Origin: Acanthaster planci
Taxonomy: Eukaryota
Assembly: GCF_001949145.1 (NCBI RefSeq)
Contig: NW_019091358.1
Location: forward strand, 2,970,535-3,034,534
Direction of reading: 5' to 3'
Length of the DNA: 64,000 bases
Shown here: piece after piece, positions 50,451 through 62,500 of the stretch
Position numbering within the stretch: position 1 is the stretch's first letter
Layout: each line of letters starts with the position of its first letter
Notes under the pieces: generated by a model
Seen by the model: the letters and a program-made list of their open reading frames with translations, nothing else
Told to the model about the DNA's origin: nothing
The model's database searches: none
Position numbers and translations under genes: made by a program

Positions 50451-53400
50451 TTGAATGGAAATTACATACAATTTTAAGTACAAGCATTTTTCAAAATCGA
50501 TGTATGTTGATTTTCTTCCCTAGAAAGTTCTATGAAATCACATGCTACTCACACCGTAAGTGTGAACACTTACGGTGTACATTTTTTTAAAGTGGTGATA
50601 ATAGACAACTTCTGTGTTGCAACTGAAATATTTCAGGCTCAGTGTGTGGGATTTGTTTGTCAAAGTGAAAGGAAAACTGCATGGCAAGGGAAAATATCAA
50701 TAAACACAGGTGCCAGGATGTACTTTAGTATTTTCCTACTATGTTGGTCATGGTCCCGATTGCCAAAACACTAACATTAAGCAACAAAAAAACGGGGGCT
50801 AGGGAGTGGGAAAGAAATAACAACAGCACCTTAAACTAGGTTTTTTTCTGGCCTGTCCTTGACTTGTAATAATAAACCAAACAGTCCCATGTTGACAGCT
50901 ATGCCAGGGTCTCTGAGCAATTTACTGCCTGAGTAAATCCCCCAGACCCAGTCTGAGAGAAAATTGGTCCTTCAGGCTGGTGTGTTTTTTTTCTCTCTTT
51001 TTTTTTTTTTAAAGAAGATAGGACATGACCCCAGCCTTTGCTCTGCCTGTGAAACTTATAACATAAACAAGGTCCCCAGACTCCTCAGCATGTGATATGG
51101 CTTTGGCATGTGGTGTGGAGGGGGTGTGGTATTTCACATATCCCTTATGCTCCTAACTACTCCACACAACCTCATTATGAAAGGATGCATTTCTGTGTGA
51201 GGTGGACCACCTACCCACCAGATGGTGATGTGCTGAGTGCATCTGGAGCTGGAGCCCTGCCTTCTCATTTACATATTGGCACTGAGCCAGGGCAGGTTGC
51301 CCAAGCGGTAGCTGAGCAGGAGTGAGTGCCAAGCTCCACCTACTCATTTGAATAGTCACTGCTTCTGTCTGGGCAACACCATCCCATCCTCTATAGCGTA
51401 TCCTCTGCCCATGCTCTGCGCGAGTTAACTTTACAAATCTTGTGATTTATCATTTTACCAGGAATTAAAAATTTAATTTTACCATGATTTCATAGAAAGC
51501 AATTCAAGTCTTTTGTTGCTGCCAAAGGATTTCCTTTGTATTTGTGGATCTAGTTTACACCATAGAGCTATAAAACACATGGCTGGGGCCATGTGCACAC
51601 CAACTCACATGTGGCATATTGTCCCATGGAGCACGGAGGAAGGACACAGTTGTCCTTTCTCTGCTGGTGACTCAATTCTCAAAACTGAAGCCCACACTCT
51701 AGCATTGTGTCAGCAGAGTAATTTGATCACCACATGCCTACAGCTGATCAGAATGGTTTAAGGTGACCTTTGACCACAGTTGCCAGTGTTTGTAGACAAA
51801 GATAGCAGCATGATGTAATGTTAAAATCCCAGAGATACCATGAATTATAACCCTGCCTCAGTCTGTTTACTGGGGCAGATGTTTGTACTTGATTAATTGA
51901 CTGAGTGATGTAACACTTGCCTGGTCTTGTACAAAAAGCTCAGTAGCATTCAATTAGACAGAGCTCTATAAAGTGTGCAGCTGGGGTAATAGGTTGGGCA
52001 CACTGTGAAACCAGACCAGACATATCAAACCCAACCTTAAATCTGTTGATTAAACAGCCAGTGCTGGAATATTTGTTTTATTCAGATATTGAGCTGGTTT
52101 AGTAGAGTGGTAGCCAAAGTAAAACACATGCATGTATATTATAGTTTCTTAATACTTAATACCGTACATGTACTGTACATGTAACTGATTTTTATGAAAA
52201 ATAGTTGATGGGTATATTTCCAAAACATGATTTTTATGTGCAATAAAAATGTGGAATGTTCCCACAATTCTGAAGTACTGAGGAATGAAAAAAAGTACAC
52301 TGGATGTCCTTTAACGTAATTTTTTGTATGGTATTAATTAATTTTGGTGTGCTCTCTTGATCTTTTGTTAAACCCATCTAAACTGACAGAAGCATACAGG
52401 AGAGGGTAGGATTCTAAAAGATGCCGAGTTTGCACCTGTCATATTTTTAAAAAATTCTGGAATTATTTTTTTGTAGTCAAATATTAGTGATATCTTTTCT
52501 TGTTTTCACTTTAGTCCATGCTAATATTTCAGCAGAACATTCGTTTTGATCTTTAAAATTGGCACCTTTTTTTTTTCTCATTTGTTTCATATCTTTGCTT
52601 TCGTTTTCTCATGTTACTTTTCTTTTCAACCTTCCAAAAAAATGCTAAGCCTGGTAGTGACAACAGATGCTGGAAAACCACAAACAATGGAGACGGGGTC
52701 TGAGTGTTTGTGGTTTTGTTTTTTTTTAAACCACCACATATTTTCCTGCAGGATGCAGTGACTTGGTTCTGTTTTGGTTAGCTGGAGTTCTCTAAAGGTC
52801 ATCCTAGGGTTTTTATCCAGTCTAATTCACCCCACTGTAAGGTTTCCATGACTTGAGGGAAACAGCCACAGATCTGTCCAATATTTTCAAACCGCAAACC
52901 TCAATTGGTACTTTTTTTTCTTGGGCATTGTGGGAAATGCTGGCTGTTTTCATGAAAGGGCAATTGACTTGGAGTTTTTCTCATTCTAATTGCCTGATTT
53001 GGCCAGCTAAATCAAAGTTTTTGTTACTCACGTACTTCAAGGTTTCTGTCTTCTGTTGTGCATCCTCTCAATTCAGAACTCATATTCCTAGGCAACACTT
53101 TCACTGTCCAATCTAAATTACTTGGGCTCAGCCTTGCTTGGAGTCAAATAATTACAGACTATTTCATTTACCCTGCAGAGAAAAGAAATTGACGCTGTTC
53201 TTGCTCTGCCCTCCTGGGGAATTAACCCATCGGACTCGTTATCTTCAGTCATAATTTTAGCCCCCCTCCCCTTCTGACAGTATTATGCCTTCCCTGTTTG
53301 CCAACTTTATCTTTGTTTTATCACAGTCATGTGTTAACTCCACCTCCCCCCCCAGAAAAAAATCTCTGTGTCAACATTGCATGACTTACCTGAGACCACG

Positions 53401-56400
53401 GATTTCTATGCCTGAAAAACTGAATCATTTCCTTCATAGAAGTCGTTTCTTTTCCACAGTTAACTCGAATATGATCAAATAAGGTGAAGCTAGTGTGTTT
53501 CAAGGCAATAAATTTTCTACCTCAGCCATTTCCATACTCTGTATAACCATATTCTGTATAATCATCCCAAGGTTTATTCCCGTATTGTCCCTTTTGTGGT
53601 AATATCTACATGTAGGTACATGTGAGAGCAGTCTCCATATTTTTTTTCCCTAATAGTGCCAAACCTGTGTTCAGCAGACAAGAAAAGTGTTTCCTGAATT
53701 CGCATGCTGCCTTTTCCTGTATTGTTACAGATAATCAAAATTGGCAAGGATGTTCGTGGTAATTTCCACACCATAGACCTAGATATGTGTGTGTGTGTGG
53801 TTTCTTTTTTAACCTTTAACTTGGTTTTGATGCTGTTGTTTGGGGTTTCTCGGTTGTCATTTCCCGCCACATTCTGGCGCATTCAAGGTTTTCCCATCAT
53901 GTTGAACCATAGTGTAAACTTTGTAGGCAGTAATTTGAAAGTGCAGTTCCGGTGTAGGGTTGCTTCATTGTTGCTCTTGGCTCATGTTCTGATCCAGTCC
54001 AGCCAACATGTGGTAAAGACATCGATAGCAGTTGAAGAATTGTGATTCTAGCAGGAAGGTGTTGACTTGGACCTATTTATTTGGCCTGACCGGGGCCAAG
54101 TGAGGGTGCAATTTTCCTAGCAATGGGGGCTCCTTTGGTGGGATCTGTGCTTTGCTGGTTCACGAACGAACGGCTATGAGATGCATGTGTTGTAGTCCTA
54201 TCGCTACCAACAAAATGAATGCTCCCCACCAACAAGGCTCTTTTGAACCAATGAGAGGGTGCTTCTACTAAGGTGGACACAGACGCACCCAATCTCATTT
54301 GCATCCTCACAGTTTCGACCACACCCATGTGTCGTTGACCACACCCTTATAGTCTCAGCCACACCATTGTGGTCTTTACCAAGCCATGTGGATTTTTTAG
54401 GTTCTACCCACATCTGTGTGCGTGTAGGTTCAACTTTAGACACATGGATTTTAACTGCACTTCCTTGCGGTGGGCTTGAACGCAGCCATTTTGAGCTTAA
54501 GTACCGGTAGGTTTCACCATTTTCTTGCAATCCCAATTACTTTGACCTTTGCACTCTACATCAGGTCCCATAATCGTTTGCAATCTGGCACTTTTTGAAG
54601 CCTAGCTGCATTTTCACAAACCACTATGAATAGACATTGTCCCATGGATGAGAGTGAGCCACACTACCACCCCCGCTGCTCATTTGCATAAATTGTTGTA
54701 TGTTCCTTTATTGCTGTAAATAAAATCGGTTTGGAGAACTTTGAGTCAGGTTTTCATTTACATGTACAGTGTAGGGTCTCAGAGTGATATCCAAAAATTG
54801 AAGCATGCCCCTTTTTGATCCGCTAAGAATTTTCACACATGTTTGCTGTTGGAATTTTTTTATCTTCCACCTCTTATAGCTTAAAAAGAAAAGAAAACAC
54901 AAACCACCAAGAACAGAAGAACCTTTTCGCTCAATCAGCAGTGGATTTCTACCATCACCTTGATCGACCATTTCCTGTTAAAGTGCACCAACTGAACCCA
55001 TGAGGCAAAATTCTCTTAGCCGGGAAGAGGAAATGTCTCGTTGTGTAACAATTCTCGTGCCTCTCAGAGAGACTAATAGGGAAATGCGATTAACCAGCAT
55101 ATCGCTGCACAGCCTGGCTGACATGTGACCCACTCTCCAAGGATAGAGAAATTAGCCGCTTATTGAATTTGTCAACAGCACGGTAAAATGAGCATGTGCT
55201 GAAATCAACGGATGGGAACTGGTTAAACAAATATAGGCCAACCCACAAAAAAAAAAGAACCTGCGTAACAACTATACGTGTCAATTCCCACCAGTCATGC
55301 TTTCCTTTTATAGCAGCCATTTTTACAAATTATTGAGGGATAGCATCTATTGTATTGGATTAAATGTGATATGTTCTTACAATGCCCTTTTTGATTCAGT
55401 TGATACTGAAGAAAGCTCTACATTACATTGTCAGTTTTCATATGTACCATAATTTTTGCAGGGGAAGTAAAGAACAAATTGGTGATGTTGACATATCCAT
55501 TTATTCATGCATAAGGTACATTGATTATTCAGATTTGTTACCAAAAGATAATCACTGTTTGTGAATATTGCAAGATATACATGTATATCTTTATAAACTA
55601 GTAGATGCAGTTTCTTCCCAGAAGACATCACAAAATAGCTGGATATTCATACCATACGTGTAGGAATCAGATTTCAAATTGACAAACTGACAAGGATGTG
55701 TGCTACAGTTGCTATCTGTGTTTCCACCTCTTCTGAAAAGATGAAATAAAGGGTTGGCGGTAATGCATTGCGTGGGGTGGGAGAGCAGGGGGGAAAAAAC
55801 AATTCCAAGAGGAAATGAAAACCATTAACTGAGCGGCTTTGGTCAGTGACGGAGAAATCAGCGCCGACAGGAAGTAGATTCCTTTGTGATTGCAGGCCGA
55901 GCTCGGCAATCTCATTTCCCCGTCTTTGTCCGCACAGCCCAGGCTTGGGGCCTCTTCATTTTTTTTTTTTTTTTTTTTAAGAGAGGGAGAGAGAAATGAC
56001 AGCTTGAGACAACAGACAGCAGGATCTTAGCCGGGCGTCATCTCTCTGCTGCAGCCTGCCGTTGCCGCTGCCTGACATACCCGTGTTGTTTAAACCCATC
56101 GGAGAGAGGGAGAGAGTGTAATGGCCCTGTTTGCTAGTGGCCTCAGACAGGAATCTGAGGACCGCACAGCGAAGCCGGGGTAGTTAATCAAAATGGATCT
56201 CAGCCAATACTAGTCTTCGTGACATTTGCTTGATCAGAGTGCCCAAGGCATTTGATACATCACTAGAATTTGTACCGGCGTATTAAAAGATGCTGAGGGT
56301 GACAAGACGGGGGTGTGATGATCGATGCCTCCCTCCCCCCAGTCTTTTTAAATCAGAAAAAAAAAGGGTACCACAGAAGCGTGTTTATCATTTATGGGAA

Positions 56401-57989
56401 TGAATCTTTCCAGGGAAGAAAGCCAGGAAACAATAGAGACATCTCATTGGTATTTTTGTCTGTATGGTTGGAATCTGAATTTAAAAGAATTTATTTACAG
56501 GCATTTTAGGGGCCAGTATCTCATGTAAATGCTAAATAAACCTGTTGAAAACAAAATAAATGAACTGCCTGCCATAATTAATTGGTGTAGAGCTAATTGA
56601 TTCACAAGTCATGTTTTTCATTAAATGCTTCACAGTTTAATAGTGTCAAAGAAGTTACCATAGCAACAATAATGCCTTTAGTGTTTATATTTCTGAAACC
56701 AAAGGAAATGTTTATCTTTCTGTTCTGAGCTGGAAGAAATACTACATTGACCAATTTTTCAATAATTTGGTGAATGTGAGAAGTTTGTTCAATTTTGCAA
56801 ATGATTGAAATGTAAACATAATTACAGCATTGGAAAAGTATTGTGACCCTTAAAGGGCAGTTTATGGTCAAAAATTCTCTGTGACGTCAACTTCGTTGAG
56901 GACACATCAGGAAAATCATAAATCAGCAACATTTTAATAAATATCTTTAAAATGCAGATGGAATTGTCCAAATGAAAAATGAATACGTAACTGAAATGGG
57001 ATGATGTTTGTTATGTAAAGTTCGTGATTTTTCTGGGTTTGGGGTTGTCCAACGCACTACAGTTCTCGCTCTGAGAGGTCTTATCATATTGAGTGCCAAA
57101 ATAACTAGGTCACACGCACAGTGTGCATGTAAAAGGCATTAGCGCAAGAACCAGCATGTTAACCAGCACACGCCATTCCTCTGCACAGCATTTCCTGACT
57201 TCACTACTCTGTAGATTTTGCTTCGTTTTTCACTGTGTTCACTTTTCAATTTCTCACTGTGTTGGGAGACAAACAGTGCTTTGTAAGCTACGAAAAGCCC
57301 TGAAATCTCATAGCGCTTTATTGTTGTCATTATTGTCGCAACCCCCTGGTTGATGTTCCTTGGATTTTTGTCATCCATGAATCTCATTTCCAAAACTTTT
57401 TCCTATAGTTACTTGTCACCTCCTTTCATGGCCACATATAAAAAACCAAAGACAGTACTCCACTGAAAACAAAGATGTGTGCCCGTGTTGACCAATAGTT
57501 TCCACTGGGTCATTGTTAGTAGTTGCAGCCAACCTTTACTCTTTTTCCCAGACAGGTCGAGCCTCATGAACAAGGAAGGAAAAGATCTCTGTTTGTTTAA
57601 ACTTGACTTTAACGGAAACAAAAGCTCTATTTTGAAGAGCTTTTCATAAAACAACAGGCGGGCGAAATTGTTTGAGGAAACATTTGGCATTGGCATCAGT
57701 GTTATGCATTGTTTGCTTGTAGACGTGGATTACAGACTGGTTACACGCCGCGATTGTCTGACCATGTAGTGGGTGGAGCTAGGGGAGGAACTGGAGGGCA
57801 GGACTACGTCTGTGTGCTGTGTACAGTGCCACCCATTCTTGGTTTTGCTGTTTCTTGATCGTTTCTTTTTGAAGACCTGGAAACAGGATCATTAAATGCA
57901 CGTGTACATGTAATTGTTGTCCGACAGTGATTGGAGGAAACATTCCAACATGCTTTTAAACATTTGTTTTTCTTCTCAGATTTTCCCAC

Positions 57990-58636
57990 ACATGGAGTTC
58001 ATTCCCCTGCAAGTTAGAGATGAATTTCTTTATAATTTAAACAGTTTTAAACCAAGGCTTAAGCCGGTTTTAGACAGGTTAGTCGTTGTATATTAAGTGG
58101 TCTGTGGATGGACCATGAGATGAACCTCCTGCTGGAGCTGGGGTTCCTTGGCTTGCTTCTCTGCATGGGTTTGGGTTATTTGTGGTTGGGTTTATATCTT
58201 TTAACTTCCTGCTTGTATTGTTCATGTGGGCTATTCATGGACAGGTATTTACTCGCAACCATTGTCAATGCGTTTTCTAGCTTATTTTAAAAATAGAGTG
58301 TTTCTAATCTTTTCTTGTTATGTCTTTTTCTTTTCGTTTGTTTTTTGCAAAGTTGTACTGATGCAGTCGGAGAGCCTCTTGATAAGCCTTAATTCAGCTT
58401 TTTTAGGCAATCCTGCGGGCTTGCATATGGTAGTACAAGTTTGTCAATTTGGGTCTGTGTTTTGTGTTATTCAACAGGTTTTGTTTAAGTTTCTTGTTTT
58501 TGCTGTATCTAGTTATTTGACTTTTTGCGTGTAATCTCCATTGTTGGTTTTTATCTTGCAATTTGTAATTTTGATAAATGTATCGTCATTTGTCCATGTT
58601 TCTTGCCCAAAAAATATCTAAATAAATGAATAAAAA
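57990..58636 (+). mobile_element. Probable 5'-truncated LINE (L2/Crack/CR1 group): degenerate ORF2 C-terminus, 3' UTR and A-rich tail
   Basis: With one frameshift reads W-S-IPLQVRDEFLYNLNSFKPRLK, resembling the WNxLPxxIR...LxxFKxxLK ORF2 terminus. Followed by a T-rich UTR ending aataaatgaataaaaa. Confidence 0.55.
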
Positions 58637-59318
58637 TTCAAAAACCAAGAAATGCATCTAGTGATGTACATGTAAATATTAAACCTCCTATCCATTGTCC
58701 AGACACATCTATGTGCAGTATGCCAAACATTGTGATCAATATTTGGTGGGTTTTCCCCTGCAAAAATAAGCCATGCAGAATCTCCCTTTGAAAATTGAAG
58801 CCAGCTGTATTTCTTTGCGTGAGTGATTTATGTCCCTGAATGCACATGAGACTGTCACTTGAACTGAGATGGTATTAGTCCGAAAAAGTCCAAGATGACT
58901 ACCAGATACCCTGCCACATATACAGTGCTGATCTCTACCAAGAGCTCTATGCACTGCAGTACATAGAGGGCTTTTTTTTTTGGCCAAGCAGCAAAATCGT
59001 GTGCAGACCTGGCTAAGTCCACACAAGGTCCGCACATCTTGCAATATGTGGACCTGTCTTGTTCTCAGGTCCACCGAGAGATGGAAAGGTTGGCACATGC
59101 ATGCTTGCAAATTGTTACCAAAGACATCCTTCTGTGTAATCCCACAGCAACTACAACGAGACACCACATCACCCTTCACTGGTCCCTTGACCTATCACGC
59201 CTCTTCATGTATATATGATGAAGTTGTTTTTCCAAATGCATTCAAATTTAGGCATTGTAAGAATGATCCAGGGATCACAAACATCCTCAGTGCGAAGAGA
59301 AAGGATGGCAGACTCCTG

Positions 59319-59560
59319 GGGCCAATTTCATAGAGCTGCTCAAGCGCAAAATGTGCTTAAGTGCAAAAAAAACCTTGCTTAAAAAATAAAGGTTACCAGC
59401 TCAAAATCTAAGTGATTGTCATGCCAACCAAAAGACAGGTGAAGACCATTCCAAAACAATATACATCACATGGAGTTTTGGCTGGTAACCTGATTTATCA
59501 AGCAAGGTTTTTCATGCTTAAAGCAAATTTTGTGCTGAAGCAGCTCTATGAAATTGGCTC
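59319..59560. mobile_element. 242-bp MITE with long TIRs and 3-bp CTG TSD (PIF/Harbinger-like)
   Basis: GGGCCAATTTCATAGAGCTGCTCAAGCGCAAAAT and ATTTTGTGCTGAAGCAGCTCTATGAAATTGGCTC, CTG on both flanks. A fragment of the same family lies at about 36071-36110. Confidence 0.9.
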
Positions 59561-62500
59561 CTGATCTTCACGCTCTCATTGCTCTGTGGTGTTCAGACCA
59601 CAGTACCAGGCTATCAGCCCTGTCAGATTGGTCTTACACTATACCCTTTATCACACTCTTCGTTACAAAAAAGCCAACCCTTGTACATGTACGTGCAATC
59701 CAAACCCAAATCAGATTGGAGGATAGAGGAGGCTTTGTGGTGTCTTATTCTTCTACTCTCCCTTCTTTGAGTGGATAATAGGGCTGATGAGATCACATAT
59801 CTTCTCAATTATATGATCACCAAGCCTGTTGACAAGTTAAAACAACCGCTTAAGGTGGGCCTTTTTTACAGATTCTTTTATTTACTAATATACCCGAATC
59901 CACTTTGTTAAAAAGGCAAAATAAAATCATCTCGGTAGAATTCTCTCTTAAAGTTTGCTCTTCAGGTCAGCATCTGTGCCCGTAGTTAATATGCTGTGTC
60001 AAAAAATCCAAAATTAAAGACCAACTCCAACGGTTTTAAAAGTTTTGAAAATAAACTGTTGTTGTGTTAAGTGTGTAATTAATCATATATTCATTACCAA
60101 ATCATGTCTGTATTGCTTCTGTATTTTTTTATTTTTGCCGAAACTTCTGAACGGTGTATTCGTGTTTTATGAAAAATTTCCACAATCTGACCGCTGGCAG
60201 CGCTGTCGAGAAACAAAATTTGTATTATGTAATACTGGAGAAAACATTGAAACTGGTATCCATGGCACGACTGGTTCCGCTACAAACACACATGTACATG
60301 AACATGGAGTTACATGTGCGGGCACCACGTAGGGGGGATCGATCTGTGGGCTGGGTCTACTGTGCCACATTATCTCTTTTTCATCAAGTTTATGCTTCTT
60401 TCTTCCTGATTTATAATAATGTGCATCATTGGATGTACTAGAAATTCCGCAAAAGAAAAAAAAAGGGATTGAAATTCTTGGAATTTCCAAAGAATGGGAG
60501 TGTTCTTCAAGTTCGTGCTGTCGTCCGCAGCTATGCATGCCTAAAGCGCACACACTGTGGTATTTCCTCTCCTCGGTAATACACCATAAAAATCAATATT
60601 CATTAGATGCTAATGAGTCGTGACGACACATCCATTTTTACAAAACCGAACTGGACTCGCAGGAAAAATGAGTACAAAAACTGCATTTTTATTAACACAA
60701 AAACGTGTATTGCAAGGGCGATATTGATTTGTCCCTCTTTTATAAGATTTGGCTCTTCTGAACAGGATTCAATATGAGAAAAGTTAGCATCGTTGGAGTT
60801 GGTCTTGAATTAATTACTCTTGAAAACCTACAGGTTTGTTGTGAGTTGAGGACTCAGGCACACTTATTTTAAGTACACACGCAGTATGCATCTCATGGTA
60901 GAATCCACACATGCAGTGTACATGTATTCTAAATAATTTGAAGTGCAGTATTCTTAACAGCTGGACAAAATTGTATCAAACTAATACAGGATTTGTACAA
61001 ACAAAATCAAAATCATCAGTCGCTGCTTATTGACTTACCGGTAAGTGACCCAATACTGGTCACATCCAAAGCGTCAAATTAAAAGGGCTTCATGTTTCAA
61101 TCCCAGCAGAATCTTTCTTAAAGGTTAAAAAACAAAGCCAAGGAAGATTTCCAAAGTCTGAATGATCGTGGTGAATGCAAATTTCCTGAGGGCTTGAAAA
61201 TTTGAAACTCCCGTTCTTTTTTCCCTCTTTCGAAATTCAAAAAAAAGATAGACAGTGACAGGCTGGCATTATCAGTGTTCAGTATATGGCCACAACCGCC
61301 CCCCTTATCTTTTCAACTCCCTGCAGTCCCTCTGAGCCTTTCTTTTTTTGTGTGTGCTTGTCATTCCTGGAGGAAGCTGATCTGTCCAATATGCGCATTG
61401 CCGCCATAAACACTTGAGGCAGGTTTTTTCCCGGATAATCCCCCTCTTGCAAGAGTAGTCCTTTGTCTGGTTATGGTCCTCTGTCTGGCTGTTCTAAAGA
61501 CCCTTGTAGAATTTCAAGTAGAATTAGTTTAAATGGATAATCCTGGGGACGGATTATCTCAGTTATTCACCCCCCAATGAGTATAATCTGCCAGGTCATT
61601 AGGGGATGCAGGGTAGGCAAGATTGATTCATGAGTTTAGAGTTGCTAGATTAATGATGATACCAAGAAGTTGGAATGGTATATACCCCAGCTCCCATTCC
61701 CCAACCCTGTTCTTGAGGGGTGCTTACAGCTATTTGTGACTCCGAGGTTGCTTTGTTGAGTTCATGATTTTTTTTTTCCAGAGAGGATGGAATGGGAGTA
61801 CCCAGATCTGGGGAGATTGTTATTTTCCTCTTTTTTGAATCTGCTCTTTCAAGGACAGACATTTATTTTTCTTATCAACTCCTTTTAAAAACATGTTGGG
61901 TCACAAATAGGTGATCAGGTATTTTGATTAAATTTTTCTTGGTTGACTTTACCCTGTTGCATTCACTGCATCTTGGATTTACTAAATTTATGATCAATTA
62001 ATCTCGTGTTATCCGCCCCAAGTTGAAGTGCGCCCTCACTGGCAAAGAAGAGACAGTCTGGTAGGAAGGTTTTCAGTGGGGAACGCCTGCACACCCTCAG
62101 CACACATCCAAAGTCCATACATGCAAAACGAAAAAGACCTGAAACATAATGACGTAATGCAATGTTTACCACAGTGCATTGTGGGTGAAAGTGGGAATGG
62201 AATCATAAGTCATGTGAGCCTTTGCGCAGCATTGGACGGAGCAAACTTGTGGTCTCGTGGAAGCTTGAAAAATGCAGCCCTGGTGTTTGTCATGTGTTTG
62301 ATACACACAATGGCACACAACAGTTAACACAAACCATTTTGGAAAATATAGGCGAACTCAATCTCAGGATATTTCCAGGAATTTTCCATGCACAAGAGTG
62401 GGCGTTATGTGTTGTGACTGTCATGCCCACCTTTCACCCATGATGCTCCACGGTAAACATTGCATTAAGTCATTATGTTTTAGGTCTATTGGTAACCATG

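Noticed and set aside
58860..59200. Coding-like segment with overlapping 117-147 aa ORFs
   Set aside because: No recognisable motif or matched splice sites. Could be a decayed transposon ORF; tBLASTx against repeat libraries would decide.
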